A stretch of DNA of 64,000 bases from positions 41,788,001-41,852,000 of the forward strand of contig OZ024754.1 in the NCBI GenBank assembly GCA_964016885.1, in the 5' to 3' direction. This DNA is from Eledone cirrhosa (taxonomy: Eukaryota). The notes below the pieces were generated by a model that saw nothing but the letters and a program-made list of their open reading frames with translations, ran no database searches and was not told the DNA's origin. Every line of letters starts with the position of its first letter. Position 1 is the stretch's first letter. A program made the translations under genes and the position numbers. This document shows, in pieces, positions 13,841-27,932 of the stretch.

Positions 13841-16800
13841 ACATAGCAATGATGTTATCTGAAATTTCACTCCCTATCAACCAAAAAACCCCCTATTAGG
13901 TGAAAGATCTGTGTAGTTTACCATTGACATAATACCTAGATTAAAGGTTAATCTCAGCATAAAACGGAACAGCTTATATATTTGACAATGAACCAGTATC
14001 CTCTTATAAACAAAAACAAAATAATTGCTATTAACTGACTTGAAATAGGTGATAAATAGAATATTTCAATAAAATGTGGCTATAAATGTTGTTTGTTTTT
14101 TTGTCCCAATGTGACTGGTATTATCATTAGATGTTAGATATGTTTCTGTAAAAATACTAAATAATAGAATAAATGACTAATAAGTTTGAAAAAGTCTGTT
14201 TTAAGGGCAAAAGATGATAAATAAAACAAAACAAAAAATAATATTTACCCAGTATTTTTTAACCTGATATTTCAGAGCTATTACCCTCTTTTCAAATATA
14301 AAACAAAAATGGTTCAAAATAAAAATGACCGATCGATGTGTTCTTCCCTAAGTGGTCTAAATGATGTGATTGATAGGTCAGGTATGATGTTTTTGTAAAA
14401 ATACTAAGTAATGCAATTGATAGGAAGGAATATACTGACAACTGACCTATTGAAGAAGGTTGTATGTAGAAAGAAAGAATGGTGTGGGAATGTTTTCATG
14501 AAATATCAAAGTTTAAGAATGACAAGCTGAACTCTGTTCTTGAGAACAGGCTGCTTAAAGGCATGCATTTCTCTAAAAGTTTGTCCAGTTTAACTCTTTT
14601 GACACCAACTCCTCTAAAAATCACCATTGCGTTTATAATACAAAACTGTTCCTTTTAAACTGCTTATACTTTATGATTTAATGATTTAGTAGAAAATATC
14701 TAAAAGCAGGTTTGTTAATTGAGATGTTTATGGCATCTTAACAAGCAGTCAGATCATTGTGAAAATTTGTAGCATTAGGATAAAGGTTTTAATCATTGTA
14801 AAAAACATTGCAGCAAATTAAACACTTTAATTTTTAATGTGATGCAGTCCTAGTGTTATGTTGTTTTCAAGAATGTCTTGTGGTGTGGTAGAGGAGGTTA
14901 AGAGTTGAATAGTTTCAACAAGAAATCAAACCGAGGTTTATAATGTAACTTACTTGGACTTGTTAATCACAGCATTCACTAGTAAATAGATATTAGGAAG
15001 ACTGTATAATTACGTTGATGAAGTCATTGCACTGTGTGATTGAACTGTAGAAGGAATAAATACTTTCCTCATTATCTTCTGACTACTTTCTCATACAAGT
15101 TGATTCATGTTTTAATTTCTCATTACACTTTATCACAGTCCATTTAACTTTTCAATTTGTTTGAGTTAAGTATAACAAATAATTACAATGAATCATATAT
15201 CAAACTAAAGGTCAAGGTCATCTCATTTGACTTTGTTTCATTCAAGGAAGTTAAATTTCAATGTTTGGAGATTTTTTAAATTATTATTTCATATTAAATA
15301 TGAAATATAAGATGTTGTTGTTTAGCCTTAGAGGTCATCTCTGATCAAGTAAAACTGTGGTCAAAGGTATCCCAGCTATGTATGTATATGTGGGTCTTCT
15401 AACTCCTAGGGGAGTAGTAGGAGCACTGTATTGATATACAGTATTTCTTGGCCATTTTTTTTTACCCGACAGAGCCCATCTCTTCTCTCCAGGTCAGAAT
15501 ACAGCTAATTTCTTCCATAGATTGATAGAGAGAGAAAGGAAGTGAGGAAGAGATATAGAGGAAGAATCGACCCCAGTATTAGACTGGTACCTTTTTTATG
15601 ACCTTAAATTGATGAAAGGCAAGTTGACCTCAGCAGGATTTGAAGAAAACATATCTGATTCACTGAGACATTTAGATACTCCAGATGTGTTGGTTTAAGA
15701 CTGCTTATGTAACTTTGTCTAGTTAAACCCTTCAGTCCTTCATGTATGGATAAATTTTATATTTTAACTGATCACCTTATCTAAGTGTTATACTTTATCT
15801 TGTAAAATTAACTATTTCAGCTAGCTAAATATGAAAATAAGCAGTCGTGGACCAAAACCAGGTGACCATTTGGCAAGGCCCAACAGGGTTATGGCAAAGT
15901 CATGGGGAGCAACATGGTGGCTGTGTTATTTAGTAGAGGAAGTCTTGGAAGTCAATGGTGGGTGATAACACTATGTTGAGCAGAAGAATTATAACACTCG
16001 CCAACAGTGAACTAAGTTCAGTTAGCAAACAACTGCCCACAATTGAGGTGTTGGTGTATGCAGCTTGTGTTACTCAGCCAACGAAAGGCCAATAATAGCC
16101 GAGGCAATTCAGTTGATCCAATAAATAAAACTTTACTAATTTCTCAAATGAAAATGTTATATAAAAGCAATATTTCTAATTGCTACAATTTTTCAATTAA
16201 GATTTTTAAATGTTTAGGAGCAATTTCCTTGGCTCAAATTTGTAACTTACTGAAGTGAAATTTGATAAATATATGGAACAAAATTATCAGGTTTATTAAG
16301 TATAAAACATTTATATAATGGACATATTTATTAGATAAAAACTTGTACATATTATTTTAGTGAAATGAATATCAGAATTCTGAGATTTTTCAACTAAATA
16401 CTTGTGCCATTTGAAAATATTTTCTCCTTTGAATAAATATCATTTGTAACTTAGTCCTAGATGGTTATTAATGGCTGGTATTTGTATAAAATCTAAAGAG
16501 CAGATCCAGTCTGCTTTCACAACAAAATGATCTCTCGTTTTTGGTGAGGGGGGGGGGGTCTACTATGCGCTCAAAATAATAGGAAATATTCAGTTACCAT
16601 TTTTTTCTCTATTCATCATCATCATCATCATCATCATTTCACATCCGTTTTCCCTACTGCCATGGGTCAGACCAGTTGTCACAATCCAAGTCTTATATAT
16701 TCCATATTTTGTCATGGTTTCTATGGCTGGATGCTCTTCCTAACACCAACCACGTTTAAGAGTGTACCAGGTGTACGAGCGCTACCACTTTACAGAGTGT

Positions 16801-17794
16801 ACTGGGTGTATTTTATCATGACACCAGCACTACCCCTTTACAGAGTGTAATGGGTTTATTTTATGACACCAACACTACCACTTTACAGAGTGTAATGGGT
16901 TTATTTTATCATGTCACCAACACTACCACTTTACAGAGTGTACTGGGTGTATTTTATCGTGACTCCAACACTAGAGAGGATGTCATAGTTTTTACTAAAT
17001 TAAAGAGACCCTGTATTACATTTTAAAATTTCCATATTTCTTGCTTGAAAAAAAAAAAAAAATTATTTTGTATGTCATTAAAATATTCAGTTATTGTCCT
17101 AGTCTTCAGTTGTCAAACATCTTTAGAGGTATACAAACATCTCTAGAGGTCTAAGAAATATTTTAGTCAGCTACTTTTCTATTTAGAAGAAAGTGCTAGC
17201 ACAACGATAACAGCAGAAACAATGCCAACTCTTTACTGACAACCAATATTGTTGTCTATAAAAGAGATCTAAAAAATATTTCTTAAAATACTTTCCAATC
17301 CAAATTTCAACCAAATGTTTTCTCTGATGGCACCACCACTTTCTTGAACATTGGTTTCGTTTACTAACTATAATGGTAGTCTCTTCTTGAATTACATTTT
17401 AATGCTTGTGTTTCCTAATCAATCTTTATCAACCAGCTTCTGTTGACAGTCTTTTACAACTTTCATCGTGTAATGGTAAATTTACAAGAAACAGCTGTTT
17501 AGTTTACTTGACAACTTCTTTTCAGTGAAGAAGTCTTTGCATTATGGAACAAATTACTCCATTTTTTTTTTTGTTTTTATGCTACCTCTTTTGTTAATCT
17601 TCTTCGTTTGTAAAGTTATGCTGTAGAGGAATAACAAACCCATATTATCAAACATTTATTTTCCTCTCCATCTCAAACTATTCTGAGTTTTAAGCAGTGC
17701 TAACTTGTTCCCCATAGTTTTGTTCTATAACCCTTTTAATAGCAAATGGCCTACAACAACCCTTGGTTTTAGTGTTTATTTATCTAAAAGCCTT

Positions 17795-17890
17795 CCATCA
17801 TCATTCTTCTCAAATGCTTGTGTCAGGGCCCATGTACCTGATCCATACAACAACACTGACTCAACAGACGTTCTAAAGATGATATTTTTT
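17795..17890 (-). mobile_element. RTE-like LINE internal fragment
   Basis: Minus strand translates IFRTSVESVLLYGSGTWALTQAFEK, the LLYG.ETW motif that follows the RT domain. Confidence 0.7.
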
Positions 17891-17953
17891 TAAATACTCA
17901 TCATTAAAAAATCAAATATATATATATATTCATATATTAAAATAACAGATTAA

Positions 17954-18004
17954 AGTTTAAGCAAAGAGTTGCTGCTTTCACCCTTAACGGGATCTTCTGA
18001 AACT
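17954..18004 (-). ncRNA. Hammerhead-like motif with non-canonical CAGAAGA core (family D; element about 17935-18140)
   Basis: AGUUU-CAGAAGA-U CCC guuaa GGG U-GAAA-GCAG...UUGC-UU^AAACU. The same core occurs in copies at 25424-25473 and 58226-58277. Confidence 0.55.
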
Positions 18005-18157
18005 AAAAAAGTCAATCTGTGAACGCAGAAGTAAATATTTCGAAAAACGTTGCAACCAAAGGAAAACAGGAAGACGATACTTTGGTTCGTGGAGACGTTC
18101 CCTGGCAATGAACAGATTTTAGTCTTCAAATTTATTATTATTACTATATATATATAT

Positions 18158-18330
18158 ATTTAATATATAAATGGATTCTACAGGACTAGAACTGTTTCAT
18201 TCAAAGGAAATCATCAGGAAAGGTCTTCGAATGAAACAGTTCTAGTCCTGTAGAAGCCATTTCTATATTAAACATATACTCTACTATGTATTGAGTACTT
18301 TACTTACTGTGGTTACCCCAATTGAACCCG
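18158..18330 (+). mobile_element. Second copy of the family A fold-back HHR element
   Basis: Reverse complement of 6508-6690. The complete HHR is on the minus strand at about 18175-18222; the plus arm starts inside stem II. Confidence 0.7.
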
Positions 18331-19299
18331 GAATTGAACGGGAATTGGAAAAAATGCTTTTAGAGAAAAATAACAGGTCCATGTTGCCTGATTTGATTTA
18401 AACTAAGTCATAATTTTATATGAAACTTCAACATCACTTTGTCATAACTTAATTTTATTTGATATAACATTCTCTTTAGGTCAGTGAACATGGTTTTACC
18501 AGTTGAGAATGATTAGTAAATGTTCTTATTTTTTTTCATAATTCTCACCACTTTGATATTTCACTATATTTGCTTTCTACGATAATTATCTCACACATGG
18601 CTTTAGCATGGATTTATCTGCTACTGTAGACTGTACTGTGTGTGAGTGTGAGAGAGAGAGAGAGAGAGAGAGATTCCTGGTAACACATACTTTGTAGTTG
18701 CAAATGATGTCCTGAAACTTTTAGTTGAAGAAAACATTTTTCCGCTCTTGATTGATCTCTGCGTTATATGTTTAGTGATTCATATTGAATATAATATATA
18801 AAATGTAGATGTATGTAATACATCTACAACGGCTAAAATATGCAAGATGTCAATAGCAAGGACGTGACACATTAAATACTATTGAGCCGGAGGACATCTT
18901 TTACATTAAAATATTTATTTTAACATTTTTACAACCATCTTTAGATTGCTGTACACATATATATGTATTTAAACCTTGCCATAAATAATTAACTCATTCT
19001 ATGCGTTATGATTGAATATTTTTACTACTCTGCTATATTTAGTTTCTCACCAAGCCAGCCTAAAACTAATAAAATGTTTGTCTAATCATCAGAATATTTT
19101 GGCATGTCATTTATGTCCTCCCATTCAATTTTTAGGTGTGTGTGCATGCGCACAGCATATACATGTTTAAATGCACATGTGCGCGCACACGCACACACAT
19201 GCCTGAAGTCTTTAGCAGCACAAACCTTCCAATATTGACTACATTCCTATAACTCACACACACACATATATATATATATATGCGCGCGCGCGCGCACAG

Positions 19300-19617
19300 A
19301 GGTAGCTTTGCCTTTCATCCTTATGGTTGAGGTACCAGTAATGCACTGGAGTCAATTTAATCAACTTTCCCCATCTCCCCCAAATTGCTGGCCTTGTGCA
19401 ATTGCTGGTCTTTTACTATATAGTAGAAATCATTGGCAGTGTCATTAGAGGGTCGGAGGCGATGCTATGCAGCACAAAGTTACCACCCTTTACGGTCTGA
19501 GTTCAAATCCCGCCGAGGTTAACTTTGCCTTTCATCCTTACGGGGTCGATAAAATAAAGTACCAGTAATACACTGGGGGTAATTGCTGGCCTTGTGCCAA
19601 AAGTAGAAACAATTATT
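19300..19617 (+). mobile_element. Partial plus near-full tRNA-SINE copies
   Basis: B-box gagttcaaatccc and the same central domain. Confidence 0.8.
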
Positions 19618-20070
19618 TTTGTTGACTGAGTTAAGATCTGTTTAGAATCTTAATAAAGGAAAGAAAGCCCTGTGGGATAGCGGGATGCTTTCAAGTAATT
19701 TCTAACAGTTATTATCACCTCATTACCCCCACCACACACAGCCTCTATTAATGCCAGGCTTTGTATCTATTCAAGAAACGTATTTAACCCTTTTGTTGCC
19801 ATAGTTCTAATGAAATACACTGTATTTGAATTAAATAATGAAGAATTTGGAAGAATGTGCTAGAATGATTAATTATTTCATTACTAAGATAACTTAATAC
19901 GTGGTTCTTATATAAAATTATGTGGGAAGATTTTAATTCAAATAGGAATCCTTTAAAATGGGTGCGTTTATTTCATAGAACCAGAGCCAGATTTCGATGG
20001 CTTGGTATGAAAAAGGTTAAGGAACCAGGAGGAGAACTTATTGGCATTTGGGGACTTGTGGCATCTATTC

Positions 20071-20185
20071 CAGTCATGGGCAAACTGAAGCCCGTTTGGC
20101 TTTCTGAATGGCACGCCTGATTTCAAAATTTCCTTGAATTTTTTAGTAGTGTGGCTCAACTTAAACAAAAGATTGCCCATGCCTG
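20071..20185. mobile_element. hAT (Charlie-like) MITE, 115 bp
   Basis: TIR cagtcatgggcaa/ttgcccatgcctg and a degenerate 8-bp TSD atctattc/gtcaattc. Confidence 0.65.
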
Positions 20186-20223
20186 GTCAATTCCAAATAG
20201 AATGTTGGCTGTATTTTATCTAT

Positions 20224-20400
20224 CATCATCATCATTATCATTTAACGTCCATCTTCCATGCTAGCATGGGTTAGATGGTTTTGTTCCATTTGATGCAGGA
20301 ATGGTCGGGAGACCGTGTCTCACTCGCACGGAAGCGTCTCTGGCAGGTTTTTTTACAGCTGGATGTCCTTCCTAACACCAACCACATTTACAGTGTGGAG
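20224..20400 (-). mobile_element. SINE-like repeat with RTE-type 3' tail (also about 885-955, 2320-2570, 4008-4160, 12190-12353, 16613-16970, 21790-21830, 56810-56850)
   Basis: (ATC)n-tttaacgtccatcttccatgctagcatgggttaga...tacagctggatgtccttcctaac recurs at these sites. Confidence 0.7.
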
Positions 20401-21495
20401 TGTTGTGTCATCGATACAGTGGACGGAACGGGAGGATGGGGTAGGGTATGGGGTGTACATTGGGTTAAGAGGTGCCTACTGACTGTAGGTTTGTACGCAA
20501 TGACAGTTGGGTCTTCTGTACAACTGCATGGCGCCAGAAGGTATATCTGAAAGGATTTTATTCCCTACCCCATCCCTTAGTAAAACTGAAAGTCTTCTCT
20601 TTTACTTTTCCCCACCTTCCCATTGCAAAAGGTGTCCCTAACCACCCAGAAAGACTGTTATTATTTCACTGTGCCAGTTGGTATGTTGTGTTTTTCCATT
20701 TGAATTGGTGAAGTGAAGGAATAACACTTAATTGTAAAGCTTATGTGTCAGCAGATCAAATGAATATATGTAAATTTGTATATGTAGTCAACCTATATTA
20801 GCATGAGACAATGGTTGTAAAATATTCAGGGTGGGATTAAAACAAAACAATCCTTCAGGTTTTCTATTAGCAATGTTTTATCAACTGTGTATGTTAGCTT
20901 CCAATTGAACCTGTTTGTATGTAAGCTTGGGTAATATTTTTTTAATATTTCATAAAAAAACATGGATTAGTTTGACATATGCTTACAAAAAAAAACTGCA
21001 TCTATAGCCATATGCATTCTCATATGCATAAACATCTAAATGTAGGTGCACCCGTGTTCATAGACCAAATATCCTTTTATATATTGGGTTTTTAAGTTCT
21101 AAAGTTATGATTCTTTTTAAATAAATGGTATGGGAAATTACTATGATCAAATTTAACAGAAGAAAAACAGTTTTTATTGGTCTTATTTCTCATTTTTGTA
21201 CTAAACTGCTCTGTTTATTGACATTTCCTATTAAATTCCTTTCTAGGATTATTTTTGTTTATTAATTTATTATTATTTTTTTTAAGCTGTTAGCTTATTG
21301 AATGTATCTGGCTTATATTTGAAATATTGGAGTAAATTTTACTGGCCTGTTGTAAAGATTTTATCAGAATCATTAACATTAAATACCAAAATGTTTTTAA
21401 GTTTGTTTAGGATGATGAAAGGTTAGTTTCCCCCCACCCAAACGCTGAAATGACTCCTGACTATATAATTAGTTCAATTTATATATATATATACA

Positions 21496-21526
<31 letters not shown>

Positions 21527-21642
21527 GCGCGCGAAGGTAAATATAATGGCATAATAGCAAGATAAAACCATTGATAGAGAATTACCAAAAGGAATGTTCT
21601 ATCTTTATGTAAATATACACACACGGATATATATATATATAT

Positions 21643-21675
<33 letters not shown>

Positions 21676-22004
21676 GTGGATGATGGAGCGCGTTTATCTG
21701 AAATGGAAAAAAAAAGTTTTGTATATAGAGCTGTCCACATGCGTGTGTGTGTCCTCTTGTAAATACGAAACTGTGAGCTAAATATATATATCATCATCAT
21801 CGTTTAACGTCTATCTTCCACGCTAGCATGTATATATATATATGTAGTGTGTGTGAGGGAGAGATAGTCTGCAGTGCTGAGACCAAAGACACCACAAATC
21901 ATGGAAGTACTCAATGCATGAGGTGATGCAGAGTGGGTATAGAGAGAGGTATAATTCTGGCCACTACGTCAAGCTGTTTTGGTTTGTATGTTCAGCAAAC
22001 ATTT

Positions 22005-22222
22005 TTAACCCTTTAATGTTCAAACCGGCTAGAATTCTCTACCTCTTCCTGTTGAAACTGGCTGTAACTGGTCGCTCAGACTGATGTTAAGGTATTGTTC
22101 TCAAAATAAATACTTTCAAAATCTCATAGATTCGATATTTTGTGAGAAAATTATGTGAGGTAAAGCATTTACCATGAAAATATAATAGGATATACAGAGT
22201 AATGTGAATGCTAAAGGGTTAA
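22005..22222. mobile_element. piggyBac-type MITE
   Basis: TTAA-CCCTTTA...TAAAGGG-TTAA termini. Confidence 0.8.
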
Positions 22223-22793
22223 GGCTGAACACACAAACTGAAACTACTTGGTGCCACAGTCAAGTTTATAACTATCTATCTCTCTCTCTCTATCTCTCTC
22301 TCTCTCTCAAATAGTGGGAGCAACTTGTACTCAAGTATATACAGTAAGTTTCAATATTTCAGTTATCTGTCAGTATTGAGTACTAATAGTGATTATTTTG
22401 TTTAGTTTCGTGTTAGAAGTGGTTTGTGACAAAGAATTTAATAAATTCTGATCTGTATTATAGATTTCAGCCATAATTTGTTGTTGTTGTTGATATTGAT
22501 GTTTCCTTTTCTGAATACCTTCTGTTAGCTATGGTTTGAACAAACAGAAAAAACTATCTAATTGATCCACAAATCTATACGTGTATTGGGTGTGTCAGCT
22601 TTCATGAAACTTTAATTTAACTTTCAAGCAAAACTCGTACAGATAATTTTCTCAGACAATTTTCCAGGTATTTTTTTCACATTGCTTGTCTTAAAAAGTT
22701 TAAACTTTTGAGAATATTTAAGAAATGAAATTGTAGAAGTTAACTTGAAATATTTAACTAATGCCATTCTCAAACGTTCTTAATTTCTTTTAG

Positions 22794-22826
22794 ATGAGAG
22801 GATAAATAATTGGGTTTTAACTGCAG
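22794..22826 (+). CDS. Possible upstream 33-bp exon (D)ERINNWVLTA, phase 1/1
   Basis: Acceptor taatttcttttag and weak donor CAG|gtctgt. It is in frame with the exon at 29562 but has no homology support. Confidence 0.25.
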
Positions 22827-23110
22827 GTCTGTTGAAGTACAGAAGCTGGTAAATGTTAAAGGACTTGATAACATCTATTTCACTTTATTTGTTAGTCTGT
22901 TTGTCATGTCTGCATTTATTGTTTGTCTCTCTCTCTATGTGTCTGTCTGCATGTGGGTGTATGTGTATTGATATATCTCTATGTGTATATCTGTGTGTGT
23001 TGATATATCTGTATGTATGTGTATTGATATATCTCTGTGTGTATGTGTATATATACATATCTGTGTGTATATGTGTATATATGCATATCCCTGTGTGTAT
23101 ATATACAAGA

Positions 23111-23334
23111 TTAACTCTTTAGCATTTACATTACTCTATATATATTATATTTTCACAGTAAAGGCTTTACCTCACATAATTCTCACATAATATCGAATCT
23201 ATGAGATTTTGATATCATTTATTTCAAGAACAATACCTTAACATCAGTATGAGTGGCCAGTTAAAGCCAGTTTGAACAAAAAGAGGTGAGAGAATTCTGG
23301 CTGGATACCGTCGGTTTGAATGCTGAAGGGTTTA
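23111..23334. mobile_element. piggyBac-type MITE (opposite orientation)
   Basis: Same internal sequence with decayed TIRs. Confidence 0.75.
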
Positions 23335-23398
23335 GATTCAACAACAAATCAGTATAGTTAACTGGTAAATTTTTGATCATATCTATTTAGCTTAGATT

Positions 23399-23840
23399 AA
23401 ATATAAGACTCCTTAGTTTCACTGTTTATGTCCTTGAATATAAGACTCCTTAGTTTCACTGTTTATATGTCCTTGAATATAAGACTCCTTAGTTTCACTG
23501 TCTATATGTGATTGAATATAAAACTCCTTAGTTTCACTGTCTATATGTCATTGAATATAAGACTCCTTAGTTTCACTGTCTATATGTCATTGAATATAAG
23601 ACTCCTTAGTTTAACTGTCTATATGTCATTGAATATAAGACTCCTTACTTTCACTGTCTATATGTGATTGAATATAAGACTCCTTACTTTCACTGTCTAT
23701 ATGTGATTGAATATAAGACTCCTTACTTTCACTGTCTATATGTGATTGAATATAAGACTCCTTACTTTCACTGTCTATATGTGATTGAATATAAGACTCC
23801 TTAGTTTCACTGTCTATATGTCATTGAATATAAGACTCCT
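23399..23840. repeat. 39-bp minisatellite, about 11 copies
   Basis: Unit aatataagactccttagtttcactgtctatatgtcattg. Confidence 0.95.
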
Positions 23841-24722
23841 GAGATAGTTTGACTGTCTGTATGTTTCAACTGTAGGAAACATTCATTTGATCTGTATTGA
23901 ATGTTAAGCTGCATAACTGGTGTATGAATCTATGTATGTGTGTATATGTGTATGAATGTATGTATGTGTGTATATGTGTATGAATCTATGTATGTGTGTA
24001 TATGTGTATGTATGTGTGTATATGTGTATGAATCTATGTATGTGTGTATATGTGTATGAATGTATGTATGTGTGTGCATATGCATGTAACAGTAGGAACC
24101 AGCCAACGAAAGGTTGTATACATCTAAAGTATTTATCACTCCATCTGTCTATCTACATAGAACCCCCCCCCCCCCATCCTTCTCTATTCTGTATTCTAAA
24201 TAGTATTTCTAGGAGTTAAATAAGTTGTTACTGTTTTAATGAAAAGTTTTATAATCTCTTTGGTCTAACCAGGAATAGAAGATCAAGTTAGGTAGCCATG
24301 ATTCAATTTAATTCTAAAAAGCCTTCCCTAATTCTGGCCATGATATCAAATTTCCTTTCAAGGAAGTCCTCAAAATCCGATATGAAACTTTTTTTGTCAT
24401 AAATATCAGATTGCTTACATGACATGTGAAATGACTTATGGAGGGATTGATATTTCTAAATTCCTAATTGCTTTTGGGTTCTGGATCAGTATATTCCCTT
24501 GAGGAGGGGGGTTAGGAATTTCCTCTGAGATCTTCTTAGAAGAAGTCAGAGGAAATTCCATATTATTTGGCATAGTAAATAATAGAGAATTTTTTACAGC
24601 AGTGAAACAATGTTATGTTATAAAGTTTTTGGCTGTTGTATGATATTCAGTTTTCACTGGACCATAACAATGGCATTTGATGAATTTCATCTCTTGTCTT
24701 TAGCAAAAAGATAAACGTTTGT

Positions 24723-24753
<31 letters not shown>

Positions 24754-24989
24754 ATATATACAAAAATAAAAACTTTTTGTAAGTTTAGCGCTTCACCATA
24801 TTTAGAACTCAATGTACTTTTCCATGGACTGCCTGAAGAACTAAGTCTTTTGAGTTGCAATGTTATGTATAAAAAATTAGATAATTGAGCAAAAGTACAC
24901 ATGTAGAATATACCTTTAAAAGTACTCCTTTAGAAACACATGTAGAGTTGAATAAATGGTCTAAAACTTCATCAATTGTCATTTTACAA

Positions 24990-25274
24990 GCAAGACGCAG
25001 TCACTTGACTCGACTTGCCTCTCTAACCTAAGCTAGTGTGGAACTAACAAGCTTTTGATTCCAGAGTCGAGCCAGATTGATACAGATAAAAGCTTGAGCT
25101 GATCGATAGCGAAACGCATGTCACCAATCAATAAACATAATGAAGGCTTAACAAATCGTCCTTGTATTATTATATTTACACTCTGTTTAGCTCTACACCT
25201 CGTCACTGAAGTGAACCTAAACATCGAGTGCTCACCCGGGTGAACCTACAGTAACTTCGCGTTACACTCTCTGG

Positions 25275-25275
<1 letters not shown>
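24990..25275 (+). mobile_element. PLE-like remnant with a degenerate hammerhead 3' half followed by AATAAA
   Basis: UGA-GCU gaucgau AGC-GAAA-C gcau G-UC at about 25095-25122, then aataaa, the ATCGAGTGCTC motif and a (TA)n tract. Confidence 0.4.
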
Positions 25276-25309
<34 letters not shown>

Positions 25310-25423
25310 TGGTAATGATAATAAATGTGAAGACTAAAATCCGAAGAGGGCTGAATAGGGATAATATATATATAAAAATATATAAAAGCTGTAGAGCAAA
25401 TATTTATTATAAGAACAGATTAA

Positions 25424-25473
25424 AGTTTAAGCAAAGAATTGCTGTTTTCACCCTTAACAGGATCTTCTGAAAC
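25424..25473 (-). ncRNA. Degenerate copy of the CAGAAGA hammerhead-like motif (family D)
   Basis: Homologous to 17954-18004, with mutations in stems II and III. Confidence 0.4.
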
Positions 25474-25596
25474 ATATACGTGTGTGTGTGTGTATATATA
25501 TATATGTATGTAAAAGGTAAACAGAAATAACAACACAATTGGTACAGTATATGGAAGGGATATATTAGGTTAAGGCTTGAAATAGCAGGAAGAGGG

Positions 25597-25632
25597 TCTT
25601 AACGTTTCGGACGCTAGACCTTCATCAGAAGA
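25597..25632 (-). ncRNA. Minimal hammerhead motif (family B; element about 25510-25675)
   Basis: UCUU-CUGAUGA-A-GGUC uagc GUCC-GAAA-CGUU-AAGA. Canonical core with one stem II mismatch. Confidence 0.65.
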
Positions 25633-25974
25633 AAGAATGAGAAATAATATAGATTGAGGGGATGGGCGGGTTGAAAAGTTGTTGGGTTTTCTAATTGGAT
25701 TTTCACCCCTAAACTGGATACCAACTCGGAGTACACCTGAACTTCCACTAGGAAATCTTTGCTTCTTATATCCAAAAAATTAAGATAAATTAAATTAAAT
25801 TAAATTAAATTAAATTAAATTAAGGGTGTCATGCCGGATAGACATGCGCCATATTAGACATACGCCTAGTTAAACTTTATTTAGTTACCTACCTAGCTAT
25901 GTGTGCTTACACACTTTTACAAATTATCCCCTGTGATTGTTTCATGTTTATTTATATGTCAATCAATTTCTACT

Positions 25975-26012
<38 letters not shown>

Positions 26013-27180
26013 AATAAATATCTATATTTATTTATTTATTAATTAAATTAATATCCATGGTCCTTTCCTGATATTAACTAAAGATTATGGAAAGTTAATT
26101 TAAAGAATTCCCTTTTCGTGATATATAAGATATTAGAATATCAACTAAACGTTAGTTAAATAGTAAGAGGACTTGGTTGTTAATTGTAGTAGTACTTCTT
26201 TTAATCTTAAGGATCAGTTGTTCTTATTAGGCCCTGTAGACAATCTCTGTACTTAAAAACTCATTTTATTTGAAGACCATATCTGACATAATAGATTTGA
26301 GTTAATCACAGCTTAACTTCACAGAGATTACGCCTCCTCCTGCAGTAATTCTCTATTGATTAGACCCCACGTGTCTTCTGACATGTGAAACATTCACTGA
26401 ATGGGAGCTGTGTCTGTCTCTGATACGATGTATGTGTATCTGTCTGATTGGATGTGTGTGTGTCTGTCTGTCTGTGCTTGTATATATGTGTCTGTGTGTG
26501 CTTGTATCTATGTGTATCTGTCTGATTGGATGTGTGTGCTTGTATATATGTCTGTGTGTGCTTGTGTGTGTTTGTATCTGTGTCTGTCTGATTGGATGTG
26601 TGTGTCTGTCTGTCTGTGCTTGTATATATGTGTCTGTGTGTGCTTGTCTGTGTGTATGTCTGATTGGATGTGTGTGTCTGTCTGTCTGTGTGTGCTTGTA
26701 TATATGTGTGTGTGTTTGTATCTATGTGTGTCTGTCTGATTGGATGTGTGTGTCTGTATGTGTCTCTGTGCTTGAATGTATGTACGTATGTATGTGTATG
26801 TATGGCTGCCTATGTATGATTATTTTGTTAATATGTTTTATCCTCATACCTTTAGTGTAAAATTGATTTCTACTTCATTGGCAAAGCTATAATAATAATA
26901 ATGTTGGTGGCAGGTGGAATTAGAGTGTTTTAGTTGTGATCTTCTTACATGGTTAAACCTCGCTCTCATTGATAGGGATTCACAAGCACATACAGCAGCA
27001 GTTACTGCAACATACACAATAGAGAGAGAGAGAGAGAAGATTAATTTGAAGCTATATTTACAAGTACATTTACTTAGATATCGGCGGTGGTGGGGGTGAG
27101 GGTGGTAGTGAGGGGGTGAAGGTCGTCATAAAAAAATCTTTAAAATTAATAAGCGGGGGTGATTATTTGAGACCCAAAAG

Positions 27181-27241
<61 letters not shown>

Positions 27242-27277
27242 GTTTTTTTTATACATCTTTAATATCTTGTATTTATT

Positions 27278-27932
27278 CTCCCTTACATACCTCCCTACAC
27301 TCTACTGGGTGCTCAGATGGACCAGGGGCCCTCATCTCCCTTACATACCTTCCTACACTCTACTGGGTCCTCAAACAGGCCAGGAGCCCTCATCTTGCTT
27401 ACATACCTCCCTACACTCTACTGGGTCCTCAAACAGGCCAGGAGCCCTCATCTTGCTTACATACCTTCCTACACTCTACTGGGTCCTCAAACAGGCCAGG
27501 AGCCCTCATCTTGCTTACATACCTTCCTACACTCTACTGGGTCCTCAAACAGGCCAGGAGCCCTCATCTTGCTTACATACCTCCCTACACTCTACTGGGT
27601 CCTCAAACAGGCCAGGAGCCCTCATCTTGCTTACATACCTCCCTACACTCTACTGGGTCCTCAAACAGGCCAGGAGCCCTCATCTTGCTTACATACCTCC
27701 CTACACTCTACTGGGTCCTCAAACAGGCCAGGAGCCCTCATCTTGCTTACATACCTCCCTACACTCTACTGGGTCCTCAAACAGGCCAGGAGCCCTCATC
27801 TTGCTTACATACCTCCCTACACTCTACTGGGTCCTCAAACAGGCCAGGAGCCCTCATCTTGCTTACATACCTCCATACACTCTACTGGGTCCTCAAACAG
27901 GCCAGGAGCCCTCATCTTGCTTACATACCTTC
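27278..27932. repeat. 58-bp minisatellite, about 11 copies
   Basis: Unit cttacatacctccctacactctactgggtcctcaaacaggccaggagccctcatcttg. Confidence 0.95.

Noticed and set aside
18800-18905. Short hairpins (tgtagatgta/tacatctaca; aagatgtc/gacatctt) considered as a twister-like ribozyme
   Set aside because: Twister core nucleotides and pseudoknots were not found.
19030-19100. Other CTGATGA/CTGAAGA occurrences (7217, 19087, 24833, 29301, 44102, 48333, 48672)
   Set aside because: No convincing stem II-GAAA-stem III-NUH arrangement follows them.
21411-21421. Possible 11-nt exon gATGATGAAAG (ttag|...|gttagt) giving a start MMK
   Set aside because: It is phase-compatible but too short to distinguish from chance.
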